Notes: a model not told the origin generated them from the letters alone. A stretch of DNA of 64,000 nt from Candidatus Peregrinibacteria bacterium (GCA_014240275.1 JAAZXH010000006.1:12749-76748), one strand, 5' to 3'; positions 47,878-57,080 are shown, counted from the first letter of the stretch. A program made the numbers and translations.

Positions 47878-49245
47878 TCATTTTTTAGAATTTTTAAATT
47901 CAGAATGACCTCTTAAAACCACCCATGGAGTCTTCCACAAAATCATTAAATCCATCCAAAAAGACCAATTTTGAATATAATACCTATCCAACTCAACCTC
48001 CTTTTCAAAAGATAGATCAGAACGACCACTTACCTGGGATAAACCAGTGATGCCAGGTTTTACATTAAATACAAACTTATGGTTTTCCGCATACCTTGCT
48101 ACTTCTTCTTGCAAATGTGGGCGCGGTCCTACCAAACTCATATCTCCCATTAAAACATTCCACAATTGAGGTAGCTCGTCTAAATCTAAACGCCGCAATA
48201 TTTGACCAAACCAAGTAACTCTTGGATCATTCTTGATTTTAACCAAAGGTGAATCTTTACGAAAATTTGCACCTTGTAAGTTATTATACCGCTCGGTATG
48301 CGAAGCTGCAATCATACTTCTAAATTTCAGCATAGTAAATAATTCTTGATTTTTTTTGACTCGATAAACGGGTTCGCCTTCGTCATTAGCAGTAAAGAAA
48401 ACTGGCCCACGGGAGGTCAATTTGACCAACACAGCCAACAACAAAAACAACGGAGACAAAATCAGCAACAAAACCAAACTGACTATAACATCAAATAAAC
48501 GCTTTATTATCCGACCCCAACCAGTGATCATAGTAACTCGCAATTTTACAAAAGGATTTAAATGCAAGCGTTTAGCTAAAGGTGTTTCGAAAGGTTTTAA
48601 AAACAGTTCCTTTTGATTGTTTTCGCAAAAACGAACTAACTTAGCAAAATCTTTTTCTGAACCACAGACTACAACGTCACACAAATTAGGATTTTCCAGC
48701 AACTTTGTTAAACTATAACTTTTACGTTTAAATTTATAAAAAGGATAACAAGCTAAAAAACTTTGTTTATCTGCATCGTCTAAACCAAAAAGTACAGCCT
48801 TGGGCAAATGTTTATTTTTTAAAGCTAAATTTAAAAAGATCTTATCCAAAACAAAGCGAAAAATCAGAATCAAACTCAAACTCAAAACAAAACCTAATAC
48901 AAATACACCTCTAGAAAAAGGAAAACTCCGCTGAACAAAAAAATACAACACTATTCCAAATATCCATAATAAAAAAATACGAAACACAGGCCAAAAATCA
49001 GATTTTAAATTAGCATCTAGACCAAAACGATACATCCCAAAAAATATACCTAAAAACACAAAAGCCAGGCCTGCCTTGATACTTACGCATACAAAATCAA
49101 GCAATGGCAAAAAATCTTTAGTCATTTGAGTAACATTGACTACTAATTGAGTTTGCCTTAAAAAATAAGCCAAAATCATAGCTAAAAAAACCGCACAAAA
49201 ATCCGCAATTAATTTAGAAAAACTATAATGATAAGCGATTTTCAT
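47878..49245 (-). CDS. Polyprenyl-phosphate sugar phosphotransferase (WbaP/EpsL-type bacterial sugar transferase)
   Basis: N-terminal TM bundle and a C-terminal catalytic domain (KRLFDVIVSLVLL, KFRSM, DELPQLWNVLMGDMSLVGPRP). Confidence 0.88.
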   Translation of the reverse strand: MKIAYHYSFSKLIADFCAVFLAMILAYFLRQTQLVVNVTQMTKDFLPLLDFVCVSIKAGLAFVFLGIFFGMYRFGLDANLKSDFWPVFRIFLLWIFGIVLYFFVQRSFPFSRGVFVLGFVLSLSLILIFRFVLDKIFLNLALKNKHLPKAVLFGLDDADKQSFLACYPFYKFKRKSYSLTKLLENPNLCDVVVCGSEKDFAKLVRFCENNQKELFLKPFETPLAKRLHLNPFVKLRVTMITGWGRIIKRLFDVIVSLVLLLILSPLFLLLAVLVKLTSRGPVFFTANDEGEPVYRVKKNQELFTMLKFRSMIAASHTERYNNLQGANFRKDSPLVKIKNDPRVTWFGQILRRLDLDELPQLWNVLMGDMSLVGPRPHLQEEVARYAENHKFVFNVKPGITGLSQVSGRSDLSFEKEVELDRYYIQNWSFWMDLMILWKTPWVVLRGHSEFKNSKK

Positions 49246-49260
49246 AAATATAAATTATTA

Positions 49261-49599
49261 CCCTTTAAAATCATAAGCCGAGTTCTGTTAGCATAAATGC
49301 CGTGGTCATCTATCTGGGCCTAAACTCACGCCTAGGCTCTTGCGATGGGCAACCTAATAACTTTAAGACCAAGTTTTACATAGGTTCCCGTCCCATCTTG
49401 CATCAGGTAGGGTTTACCAGGTTCCTCTAGTTACCTAGAGGCCCAGGCCTAAAGCCTGCTTTTCACCTTTCACCTTGCGGCTAGTATTGTCTCTGTGGCA
49501 CTTTCCCTAAGCTTGCGCTCGGCAGACGTTATCTGCTACCCGTCTTAACGATGCTCGGACTTTCCTCACCAAATTGGCGTAACCACTCCTTTTAAAGGG
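49261..49599 (-). ncRNA. rnpB: RNase P RNA, bacterial type A
   Basis: The minus strand reads CCCUUUAAAAGG...GAGGAAAGUCCG (P4 5' strand)...GUGCCACAGAGACAA...GGUGAAAGGUGAAAAG...ACAGAACUCGGCUUAUGAUUUUAAAGGG. The 5' CCCUUUAAAA pairs with the 3' UUUUAAAGGG (P1). Length 339 nt. Confidence 0.9.
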
Positions 49600-49606
49600 C
49601 CTAAAC

Positions 49607-49641
49607 AGTATACAAAAAAAGCCCCAAATTACAAGGGCTTA
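49607..49641 (-). promoter_or_regulatory. Putative rnpB promoter overlapping the upstream terminator
   Basis: The minus strand reads TTGTAA-16 nt-TATACT, and the -10 ends 7 nt before the predicted RNA 5' end. Confidence 0.4.
49613..49640 (-). terminator. Rho-independent terminator after the TPR gene
   Basis: The minus strand reads AAGCCC-TTGTAATTTG-GGGCTT followed by TTTTTTT. Confidence 0.6.
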
Positions 49642-49661
49642 TCACATTTTTTTAAATATTT

Positions 49662-50252
49662 TTAAGAATTATAATATTCACATAATTTCAAACATTCTGT
49701 GGCGTGGTGATGAGTAGGATCTAATTTTAAAATTTTATTAAAAATCTCATAGGCTTCAGTAAATTTTTTAGAGTTCAATAAACATACTCCCAGATCAGTC
49801 AATACTAAAATATCTTCCGGAGCTAAAGAAGCAGCACGCAACAAAATAGCTAAACCTTGAATTTTTTCTCCGTAGTGAAATAAGCTCCAGCCCAAACAAC
49901 GTAAAATTTCAGCGTGATTCGGTTCAATTTTGTTAGCTAGATCCAATTGAGCAACTGAACGTGTCCAGTTAGTTTTAGAACCGTACACAAAACCTAATAA
50001 ATAGTGAGCATTGGCAGAAATAGGGTTTAATTTAATCGCTTGTTTTAGAGCCTTTTCTGCCCCTTCTAACTTGCGTAAACTTAACAGATTATCACCTAAT
50101 TCTTCATAAGCGTGACTATTATTAAAATCCTCACAAATCAACCCCTCTAATTCTTTAACAGCTAATTCGTGTTTACCACTTTGCTTTAGTGTTTCAACTT
50201 GTTCAAAAAACTCATTATATTCTTCGCGTCCTGTAACTTTATTTTTAAGCAT
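49662..50252 (-). CDS. TPR-repeat protein
   Basis: 196 aa made of about 5 tetratricopeptide repeats (A..AL..AI.L.P..A.A...LG pattern). Confidence 0.8.
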   Translation of the reverse strand: MLKNKVTGREEYNEFFEQVETLKQSGKHELAVKELEGLICEDFNNSHAYEELGDNLLSLRKLEGAEKALKQAIKLNPISANAHYLLGFVYGSKTNWTRSVAQLDLANKIEPNHAEILRCLGWSLFHYGEKIQGLAILLRAASLAPEDILVLTDLGVCLLNSKKFTEAYEIFNKILKLDPTHHHATECLKLCEYYNS

Positions 50253-50384
50253 TTAATTTTTTAAATCTTACTATCATATCACAGTTTTAATATTTTTTCA
50301 AACACATTAAGAAAAAAAACAAATAAACAATATAGTTTACTTTTATAAATAATTTTGATATAATAAGGAGATTAAATTGAATTT

Positions 50385-51401
50385 ATGAACCAAAAATTTG
50401 CCAATTTCCAAAGACACGAACTTTTAACTAAGTTCCAAAAGAGTCTAAAGTCTCAAAAAGAGCTTGAAAAGCGCGAAGACTACAACCATGTGTGCGTATA
50501 TCACGTATTTGTTCACGGAGCAGTTGACACTTACACCCCAAGCACTATTGCTGAAATTCTTGAGCAAGAACAAGACAATAAACTAGAATTACAAAATACA
50601 ATTTTAGATCACAAAATTAAACCTAAAGGCAAACTTAAAGAACTTTTAAAGTTTAAAACACCACTTTTAAAAGTTGCCATAATTCCTCAAAAAATCTACA
50701 AACGCATCGGTAAAGATGACAAAACCTACAAATACCGCAAAACTAGCCAGTACTTTTTAGCACCACTACCTCAATACAAAGTAGAAATTTTTGAAAACCA
50801 AGTTTACCTCCCAGTTATGAAATTAATGCCAAACCTTAGTAGTAAATTTATAGGGCACGTGCATGTAGATGAATTTGAATTTCAAAATTCCCTCCAACAA
50901 CTCCAACATACATCTAAAGCTTTAGAATTACGACTCCAAGGCTTACTACCAAATAAACATCCAGAGTTTGAAAATTATTACCAAGACAACCTAGAAGCCT
51001 TCTTATACGACACTCCCCTGACTCAAGAACTTACAAACCAAAGTATTTTTAATTGGATCAAAAAAGCCCAAACCGCAATCACCAAAAACCAAGATCTCAA
51101 CATCCCCGCAAACTTAAAAAGCGCCTTAAAGCAATTTCAAACACATAGTCATCATGTATTTGACTTACTTGAAGACTTTAAGCCAGCCCTTAGCCACACC
51201 GACTTTGCAAAACTCAGCTTTTACCACAAAAAATATCAAGAAACCCCAAGCCTAATCTGGGTGGCCAAAGCCTACCTAGTTTGGCAAGCCAACCTAGATA
51301 CAATTTTAACTTATTACCGTCACAACTCAAACCGCACTGACCTCCCAAAGACTGACGAAAGCACTCTTACTAAATTACAATATTTAAATCAATTATCATG
51401 A
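50385..51401 (+). CDS. Hypothetical protein (338 aa)
   Basis: Intact ORF whose TGA stop overlaps the ATG of the next gene (ATGA at 51398-51401). An extended -10 (TGATATAAT) lies upstream. No family recognised. Confidence 0.6.
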   Translation: MNQKFANFQRHELLTKFQKSLKSQKELEKREDYNHVCVYHVFVHGAVDTYTPSTIAEILEQEQDNKLELQNTILDHKIKPKGKLKELLKFKTPLLKVAIIPQKIYKRIGKDDKTYKYRKTSQYFLAPLPQYKVEIFENQVYLPVMKLMPNLSSKFIGHVHVDEFEFQNSLQQLQHTSKALELRLQGLLPNKHPEFENYYQDNLEAFLYDTPLTQELTNQSIFNWIKKAQTAITKNQDLNIPANLKSALKQFQTHSHHVFDLLEDFKPALSHTDFAKLSFYHKKYQETPSLIWVAKAYLVWQANLDTILTYYRHNSNRTDLPKTDESTLTKLQYLNQLS

Positions 51402-53503
51402 ATACAGATATACCATTTAAATCTCTACTAACAGCTAAGTCACAAGATGCCGCAAAACAACTGACTAAAGAGCAAGAACAATGCAAGGCAGAAACACAAG
51501 AACTAACTTTAAAATTAAAAGAAAATCAAGAGGCAAACGCACGGAAATTTTTGGAACAAAATCAGACAATAGTCAATAAACTTCGAAACATAAATCCAAG
51601 TCAACTAGAAGGTGAAACCTTAGATCCTAAAACCATCCAAGTTTTAGTAATTGCCAGACTCCTCATAGCCAAACACAGTGGTAAAACTAACGTTCAAGAA
51701 GGTGATTTTTCAGAAGGAATTAGCTTTACTAACCCACTAAGCCTACTAAAAGACAGCCATAACATTAAAGAGGGTTTACTACCACTATTTAATACTTTTA
51801 CAATTCAAGCACGATCAGGGCTTTTCACAAGAACCATTCAGGGCAATCAACTGCAAAAATCTGGAAGTAAAATCCCAAACGGAAAATCTGTTTTAATAGA
51901 CTTTATAAACAAACCAACTTCATACGTAGGTACTGTAAAAAATAATGAAGGAAAAGAAGAAAAACATCTTTTTATTAGACTACGTAACATTGGAAGAAAG
52001 AACGTTGCCAAGCAAGGAATTTTTGTTTCTGTCGCCTTTTTAAAATCCTCAATTTCCGAAGAAAAATATGACGCATTAATTCAAAAAAGCTGTGGCGAAA
52101 TAGCAAGTGAGACCCCAAAACAAAGCCAACCTAAAGTAATTCCTACAAGTCCAAACCAAGCTGAAAAACAGCCGCCAGAGGAAGCTGTAGAAACAACAAA
52201 GTCAACAAGCCCAATCACGCCCGAAACTTCAACAACTACAGAAGAAGCAAGCCAAACAAGCAATGAAACAATTACAGGAATTCTAGCACAAGCACAACCT
52301 GCAAGGAAAGGCAATATAGACACACATACACCAAAAGCACCGGGCCGAATACCACTACCAAAAACACCAGCTCTACCAACACCTGGACCAAACCCAGAAC
52401 TTAGCAGGCAAATACACGAACCCTTACAATCCAATCAAGAAACAGAACAGTGGTTAGAAGAACAGGCCGCTGCCGATAAAGCCCAAGAACAGGCCGCTGC
52501 CGATAAAGCCCAAGAACAAGCTGAGCGCGATGCCATTAAACTAGAAGACATAGATTATACCAATTTTAAAGAAGCTTTAAAATTAGTAACTAAAAAATTC
52601 ATCAACAATTTTGATAAAGCCTTTGCAGAACTTCAAAAGGAAGTTTTGGACATTCATGAAGAAACCTTTGAAAACAGAAACAGCAATCAAGAGATTCACA
52701 GTTTACACAATATTATCGTATCAACACTCAGCCTACAAGCAGAGCAAAAAGCAAAAGTTCTAGAAGCTATCCACAATTCTGTTTTAGAGGATGATGCCGA
52801 ATATTTCTTTAGCAAGATTACTGACTTTTTACCGAAAGGTTCAATAATTGCAAAATCAACTCAAGCCAAGTTAATAGAAAAATTTGCAAACCTCATTGCA
52901 GATAATGATTTAAATACAACTACTATTAACAAAACATTACAAGTTCTATCAGCCAGTAAGGATGGCAAACAGCATCTATCAAAAATCACTGCATCACTTA
53001 GCAAAATTGATCTTGAGGAACATGCAATGGATCTAAATCCAGTCATCCTACACCTCATCCCAATTGCAAGCATCCAAGCTTATTTTCAAACTCTAGACGA
53101 CGCAAATAAAATCACTTTTTTACAACAATATACACAGTACTCTGGTCAAAGTTTTTATGGAAACAGTAGTAAAAAGAATGGTTTTAGTATAAACCCAAGT
53201 AATGAAAGAACTGTAAAACAGAATTTAAAAAGCTTACTCAGTATCACAACAATGGATAAGCCAATCTACAGCGCCTTCCGATTTGGTCCACTCGTCGAAC
53301 ATAACAAAATCATTACTACCTTTTTTACTAAATCTCAAGACTACGCAGGCGCCTTCGAAGTGCGAGACGAAGTTGCAGATTTCATAGAAGAAACAATTCC
53401 CAGATCAGACCGATCAATCATCTATTTTGAAAAAGACATCAAAAAGTTCCAAACAATCCAAAAACTTATACAAAAATACATAGAATTGAAAGCATCACTC
53501 TAA
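51398..53503 (+). CDS. Hypothetical protein (701 aa): N-terminal shared module, Pro/Thr/Ser-rich linker, helical C-terminal region
   Basis: Intact ORF. Residues ~76-215 resemble residues ~74-214 of 55448-56983. There is a low-complexity linker (TPKQSQPKVIPTSPNQ...PLPKTPALPTPGPNP). No family recognised. Confidence 0.6.
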   Translation: MNTDIPFKSLLTAKSQDAAKQLTKEQEQCKAETQELTLKLKENQEANARKFLEQNQTIVNKLRNINPSQLEGETLDPKTIQVLVIARLLIAKHSGKTNVQEGDFSEGISFTNPLSLLKDSHNIKEGLLPLFNTFTIQARSGLFTRTIQGNQLQKSGSKIPNGKSVLIDFINKPTSYVGTVKNNEGKEEKHLFIRLRNIGRKNVAKQGIFVSVAFLKSSISEEKYDALIQKSCGEIASETPKQSQPKVIPTSPNQAEKQPPEEAVETTKSTSPITPETSTTTEEASQTSNETITGILAQAQPARKGNIDTHTPKAPGRIPLPKTPALPTPGPNPELSRQIHEPLQSNQETEQWLEEQAAADKAQEQAAADKAQEQAERDAIKLEDIDYTNFKEALKLVTKKFINNFDKAFAELQKEVLDIHEETFENRNSNQEIHSLHNIIVSTLSLQAEQKAKVLEAIHNSVLEDDAEYFFSKITDFLPKGSIIAKSTQAKLIEKFANLIADNDLNTTTINKTLQVLSASKDGKQHLSKITASLSKIDLEEHAMDLNPVILHLIPIASIQAYFQTLDDANKITFLQQYTQYSGQSFYGNSSKKNGFSINPSNERTVKQNLKSLLSITTMDKPIYSAFRFGPLVEHNKIITTFFTKSQDYAGAFEVRDEVADFIEETIPRSDRSIIYFEKDIKKFQTIQKLIQKYIELKASL
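52460..52513 (+). repeat. Perfect 27-bp tandem duplication inside the CDS
   Basis: gaacaggccgctgccgataaagcccaa occurs twice head to tail and encodes EQAAADKAQ twice. It is locally GC-rich. Confidence 0.95.
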
Positions 53504-53525
53504 TAATTACCCAAAAACCATACAC

Positions 53526-54065
53526 TTACACTTCTCTCTCTATTTGAAAATAGAAGAAATGTTCTAAAAAGTTATTAATTTGCTTTACAGTCTGTTCACA
53601 AGAGGCCAGCTCAGAGGAATTTAAATAAAGCGAAATCCGATTAATAAAAACTGCTTCTGCCACTTCTGAAATAATATAAGGCTGCCTAAAACGATCCCCC
53701 AAAATATCTTGTAGCTGATCCGATCCGGGCTCAGACATTTGAATGGTTTGTGGCAACATGGCTTGAAAATCCTGCTGAAAAGCTTCATTTTCAAACATAG
53801 GGCGAATTAATTTCTGGATCAAAGCAAATACAAAAGGCACTAACTTACCTTGCAAATCTACAAATTGCTCATGTGGCAAAACCCGCTTGAAAGAACTTAA
53901 TCCATTCGCAAATTGCTTTTCCTTAAAATACAAACTCGGATATTCCAAATCCGCCAGTACACGGTCGTAAAGTAAGCCACAAAACTCCTCCAATACCAAT
54001 TGCTGATCTTGCTTTCTGATACGAGCTAATTTAGTCACATACTTTTGCAAAGTCGTCTCATTCAT
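53526..54065 (-). CDS. Hypothetical protein (179 aa from the SD-supported start; the ORF is open up to 54242)
   Basis: A strong Shine-Dalgarno sequence, GGGAGGA, lies 6 nt before the ATG at 54063-54065 (MNETTLQKY...). The longer track ORF starts at a TTG. No family recognised. Confidence 0.55.
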   Translation of the reverse strand: MNETTLQKYVTKLARIRKQDQQLVLEEFCGLLYDRVLADLEYPSLYFKEKQFANGLSSFKRVLPHEQFVDLQGKLVPFVFALIQKLIRPMFENEAFQQDFQAMLPQTIQMSEPGSDQLQDILGDRFRQPYIISEVAEAVFINRISLYLNSSELASCEQTVKQINNFLEHFFYFQIEREV

Positions 54066-54344
54066 AAGATATCCTCCCATAAATGTGATAAAATGCAAAC
54101 GGTACCTCTGAAAATCCTGCAAACCAATATCACTTGATTCTAAAGGACTCAAGCCAGGAAAGAAACAAATCACTCGTCCGCCTTTGGACTGCTTTTTTCT
54201 TCGGATTTTTTTTACCATCCCATAAAGATTATATAAGTCCAAAGTATAGAACTTTCATCTTTTTGTCAAGCCCTCTTGTTAGCCAAGGCAATCACATGAC
54301 CCTTAGATTTTATAGAGTAAAAATTTTTAAATATCACCTAATCC

Positions 54345-55262
54345 TCAATCTAATAAGTTATGGCGGACTTTGTATCTTTGTATAAAAGGTCCTAAATCTA
54401 TATTATTGATTTTTAAACGGCTTAGCACCATTAACATATCTTCATTAAGCACTTGAATATCATCATCTACTTTTAGAAAATTTCCGGTTAATACAGTTAG
54501 CATCTGAACTAATAATTCCTCAACAGCAAGTTCTGAAAAATAGTTCGCTTGAAAATCATCAATTATTGAAATCCTATTTTCAATTTGTAAAAAATATGTT
54601 TCACAATTAAAAGAATTCATATCCCGCAAATAAGCTTGTAAAACAACATGCTTGTCACGTAATTTATCTATAAATTCATTTAATTTGTTTCTAACATCAA
54701 GGCGAAAATTGAAACTTAAAGGATCATCTAAAACCTCTTGATACTCTATACCCAAAGCTGCTACATCCTTAACAAATTGTGTTAAATACTTATGTAAATT
54801 TACTGCACCATCTGCTTCTTGTAAATTTAATATTTCTGTCGACATCTCAGTCAAAAAGACCAACATATCTTGGTAAAAAAATTGTATATCATTAAATTTT
54901 GATACGTTCTTACTCAAATAATTATATAAAACCTGCTTTAATTCATCATAATCCGGATAACTCCAACCATGCTGATGCATTAATGCATGCCAATACTCAT
55001 GAGTACATACACCTACTTCATAAATCTCGTCAAACTGTGAAAAATAAACCACCTTGTCCTTCGGATGATATTCAGCAAAATAATTAAAATTCTTTTCATC
55101 CAAAACTTTACCTACAACTCTCAGATTAATCCTTCGAACCATTGCCTCCAAATCCAAATCCACATTTAAACAGAATTGATCTGTTTTATCAGGAATTGTC
55201 TTAGATACAGATGTACATGAAACCAAAAGCATAGAAGACAACAACAATGATTTCATATCCAA
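54345..55262 (-). CDS. Putative lipoprotein with HExxH motif (candidate zinc metallopeptidase)
   Basis: Signal peptide with lipobox (SSMLLVSC|TS), then VGVCTHEYWHALMHQHGW containing HEYWH, and a helical C-terminal half. Confidence 0.55.
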   Translation of the reverse strand: MDMKSLLLSSMLLVSCTSVSKTIPDKTDQFCLNVDLDLEAMVRRINLRVVGKVLDEKNFNYFAEYHPKDKVVYFSQFDEIYEVGVCTHEYWHALMHQHGWSYPDYDELKQVLYNYLSKNVSKFNDIQFFYQDMLVFLTEMSTEILNLQEADGAVNLHKYLTQFVKDVAALGIEYQEVLDDPLSFNFRLDVRNKLNEFIDKLRDKHVVLQAYLRDMNSFNCETYFLQIENRISIIDDFQANYFSELAVEELLVQMLTVLTGNFLKVDDDIQVLNEDMLMVLSRLKINNIDLGPFIQRYKVRHNLLD

Positions 55263-55391
55263 ATTCTAAAGTACAAATCGACACAATAATAACAGCATCT
55301 CACTAATAAAGCAAGATTCCAAAAAAAATCACTTAAAAAAAACCTCCACACAAAAGGCTTTATTATCAAAAGTCTCTAAAACATAAAAAAC

Positions 55392-55420
55392 TTGCAAAGG
55401 ACAAAGAAACGTGTTACAAT
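55392..55420 (+). promoter_or_regulatory. Putative sigma-70 promoter
   Basis: TTGCAA-17 nt-TACAAT, 27 nt upstream of the ATG at 55448. Confidence 0.5.
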
Positions 55421-55447
55421 AATATGATTATCATTTAAATAATAAAA

Positions 55448-56983
55448 ATGAACATCCATAAACCAGGCAATTTAAGATTAAATACACCGGATCAAAAACA
55501 TCCTGAGGTGAAAGAAGTGCAAGATACCACCCAACAGTATTTAACACAACTCAAAAGCGAAATTGATACGGCCAACCCTAACGAAATACAATCATATTTA
55601 AATCAAGATCATGTCCAAAATGCGATTAATGAATTCCGAAACGGAAAATTTGATACACTAAATACTGCTCAAAAAAGATCGCTTCTCAAAGCCGCGATGT
55701 TCTATCGGGCCAAGTTAATGCAAGACAAACAAACTGAAGGAGCAACGGATGCAGGTGTTTTCTTTGGTGCAATGTTAGACAAAGCAACATTCGCAACTAC
55801 TGCAAGTCCAAACTCGCTTATTGAATCCTTAGACAACAAAACTGTTTTAAATAAACTTATTTTGCCTCTATTTGGTGAGATCAAAGTTACAACTCGCAAA
55901 GGAAATCTACTCACCAGAGATGCAGATGGAGATAAAATCGGCTCAATCCCATCAGGAGCTAGCTTAAAATTAGATATCAAAGCAGAGCCAAGTATGATGG
56001 TTGCAGAGACCGCCACAGATGCACATTTGTACACAGCTGTAATATTAGAAAACGGCTCCAAGGCATATGTTTGTACCGAATTTTTAGGCACCAAAGTTAG
56101 TAATCAAAAGTTTACAAAATTCCTCAAATCAGGTCAGCAACAAGCTGAAATGCAAGCATCTCTAGATGCTTACAAGGCCTATACAGACCTCGAAAGTAAT
56201 CTCGCAACTAAAGTTTCAGAAATCCAACAAAATAATCAAGCACTCAAGGACGCCGGTTTAAACAATCGTCTACAAAAACAGACATTAGAGGCTCTGCGAG
56301 AGCTAGTTCCCTTAAGAGATAATATAGACGAAGGTACAGAACTTGGCACCGTTGAAAAAAATAGAGAAAATGCAGCTGGCACTATCGAAGATAAATTGGC
56401 ATATTATCAAAGGATGCAAACCTTAGCCAAAACAACACAAGATAATCTTAGAACCTATATTGCTTCAAATCCAAGTGCAGAACCAGTAGCAGCAAAAAAA
56501 GTACGCGATAGGCGAGAAGCTATAAAAACAGGCCGAACAGCAGTAGAAGAAGCAACCAAGTATCGAGATAGCTTAGAAGCTCATGCAAAAGACGTAGAAT
56601 TAGACAGCTTAGACTTTGAAGACCTTGAAACAACTAGTAAGGTAGCTGCCAAACTGTTACTAGATCCAGCAGGCTTTAACACAAAAGTTCAAGATGAAAT
56701 TTTAACAGGGGTTTTCGAAGAAGAATCTACTGAATACAAACAACAGTTTCTTGGTCTTTTAAGCAAGATAAGACCGTTAATTCTAAAAAAAGGACACGAA
56801 CAATTGAAAGATATAAGGGGCAAAATAGACTCTAATACAAATCCAGAACACAAAGAGTTCTTAAAAACAGAATTTAAAGCCTGCAGCAAATTCTTTCGTG
56901 CTGGCCTTACAGGCACAGACTCGGCAAAGAAGGCAGTAGAAGCATCGATCAAACAGGATGAAGAAGATGAAAACAACGAATAG
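55448..56983 (+). CDS. Hypothetical protein (511 aa) with the shared N-terminal module and a helical, acidic C-terminus
   Basis: Intact ORF whose N-terminal region is paralogous to 51398-53503 (ILPLFGEIKVTTRKGNLLTRD..IGSIPSGASLKLDIKAEP). It has its own promoter and terminator. Confidence 0.6.
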   Translation: MNIHKPGNLRLNTPDQKHPEVKEVQDTTQQYLTQLKSEIDTANPNEIQSYLNQDHVQNAINEFRNGKFDTLNTAQKRSLLKAAMFYRAKLMQDKQTEGATDAGVFFGAMLDKATFATTASPNSLIESLDNKTVLNKLILPLFGEIKVTTRKGNLLTRDADGDKIGSIPSGASLKLDIKAEPSMMVAETATDAHLYTAVILENGSKAYVCTEFLGTKVSNQKFTKFLKSGQQQAEMQASLDAYKAYTDLESNLATKVSEIQQNNQALKDAGLNNRLQKQTLEALRELVPLRDNIDEGTELGTVEKNRENAAGTIEDKLAYYQRMQTLAKTTQDNLRTYIASNPSAEPVAAKKVRDRREAIKTGRTAVEEATKYRDSLEAHAKDVELDSLDFEDLETTSKVAAKLLLDPAGFNTKVQDEILTGVFEEESTEYKQQFLGLLSKIRPLILKKGHEQLKDIRGKIDSNTNPEHKEFLKTEFKACSKFFRAGLTGTDSAKKAVEASIKQDEEDENNE

Positions 56984-57048
56984 TAATTAGATAACATCCA
57001 AGCAGTCTCCAATCAGTTTTACCAAACTAACACTCCACAAAATATCAT

Positions 57049-57080
57049 AAAAGCCATCCCCAAAAAGATGGCTTTTATTG
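57049..57080. terminator. Rho-independent terminator hairpin between convergent genes
   Basis: AAAGCCATC-CCCAAAAA-GATGGCTTTTATT. Confidence 0.55.

Noticed and set aside
52081-52434. Minus-strand 117-aa Gly/Cys/Val-rich ORF antisense to the Pro/Thr-rich linker of 51398-53503
   Set aside because: It is a low-complexity shadow ORF created by the compositional bias of the linker, with no start context or partner.
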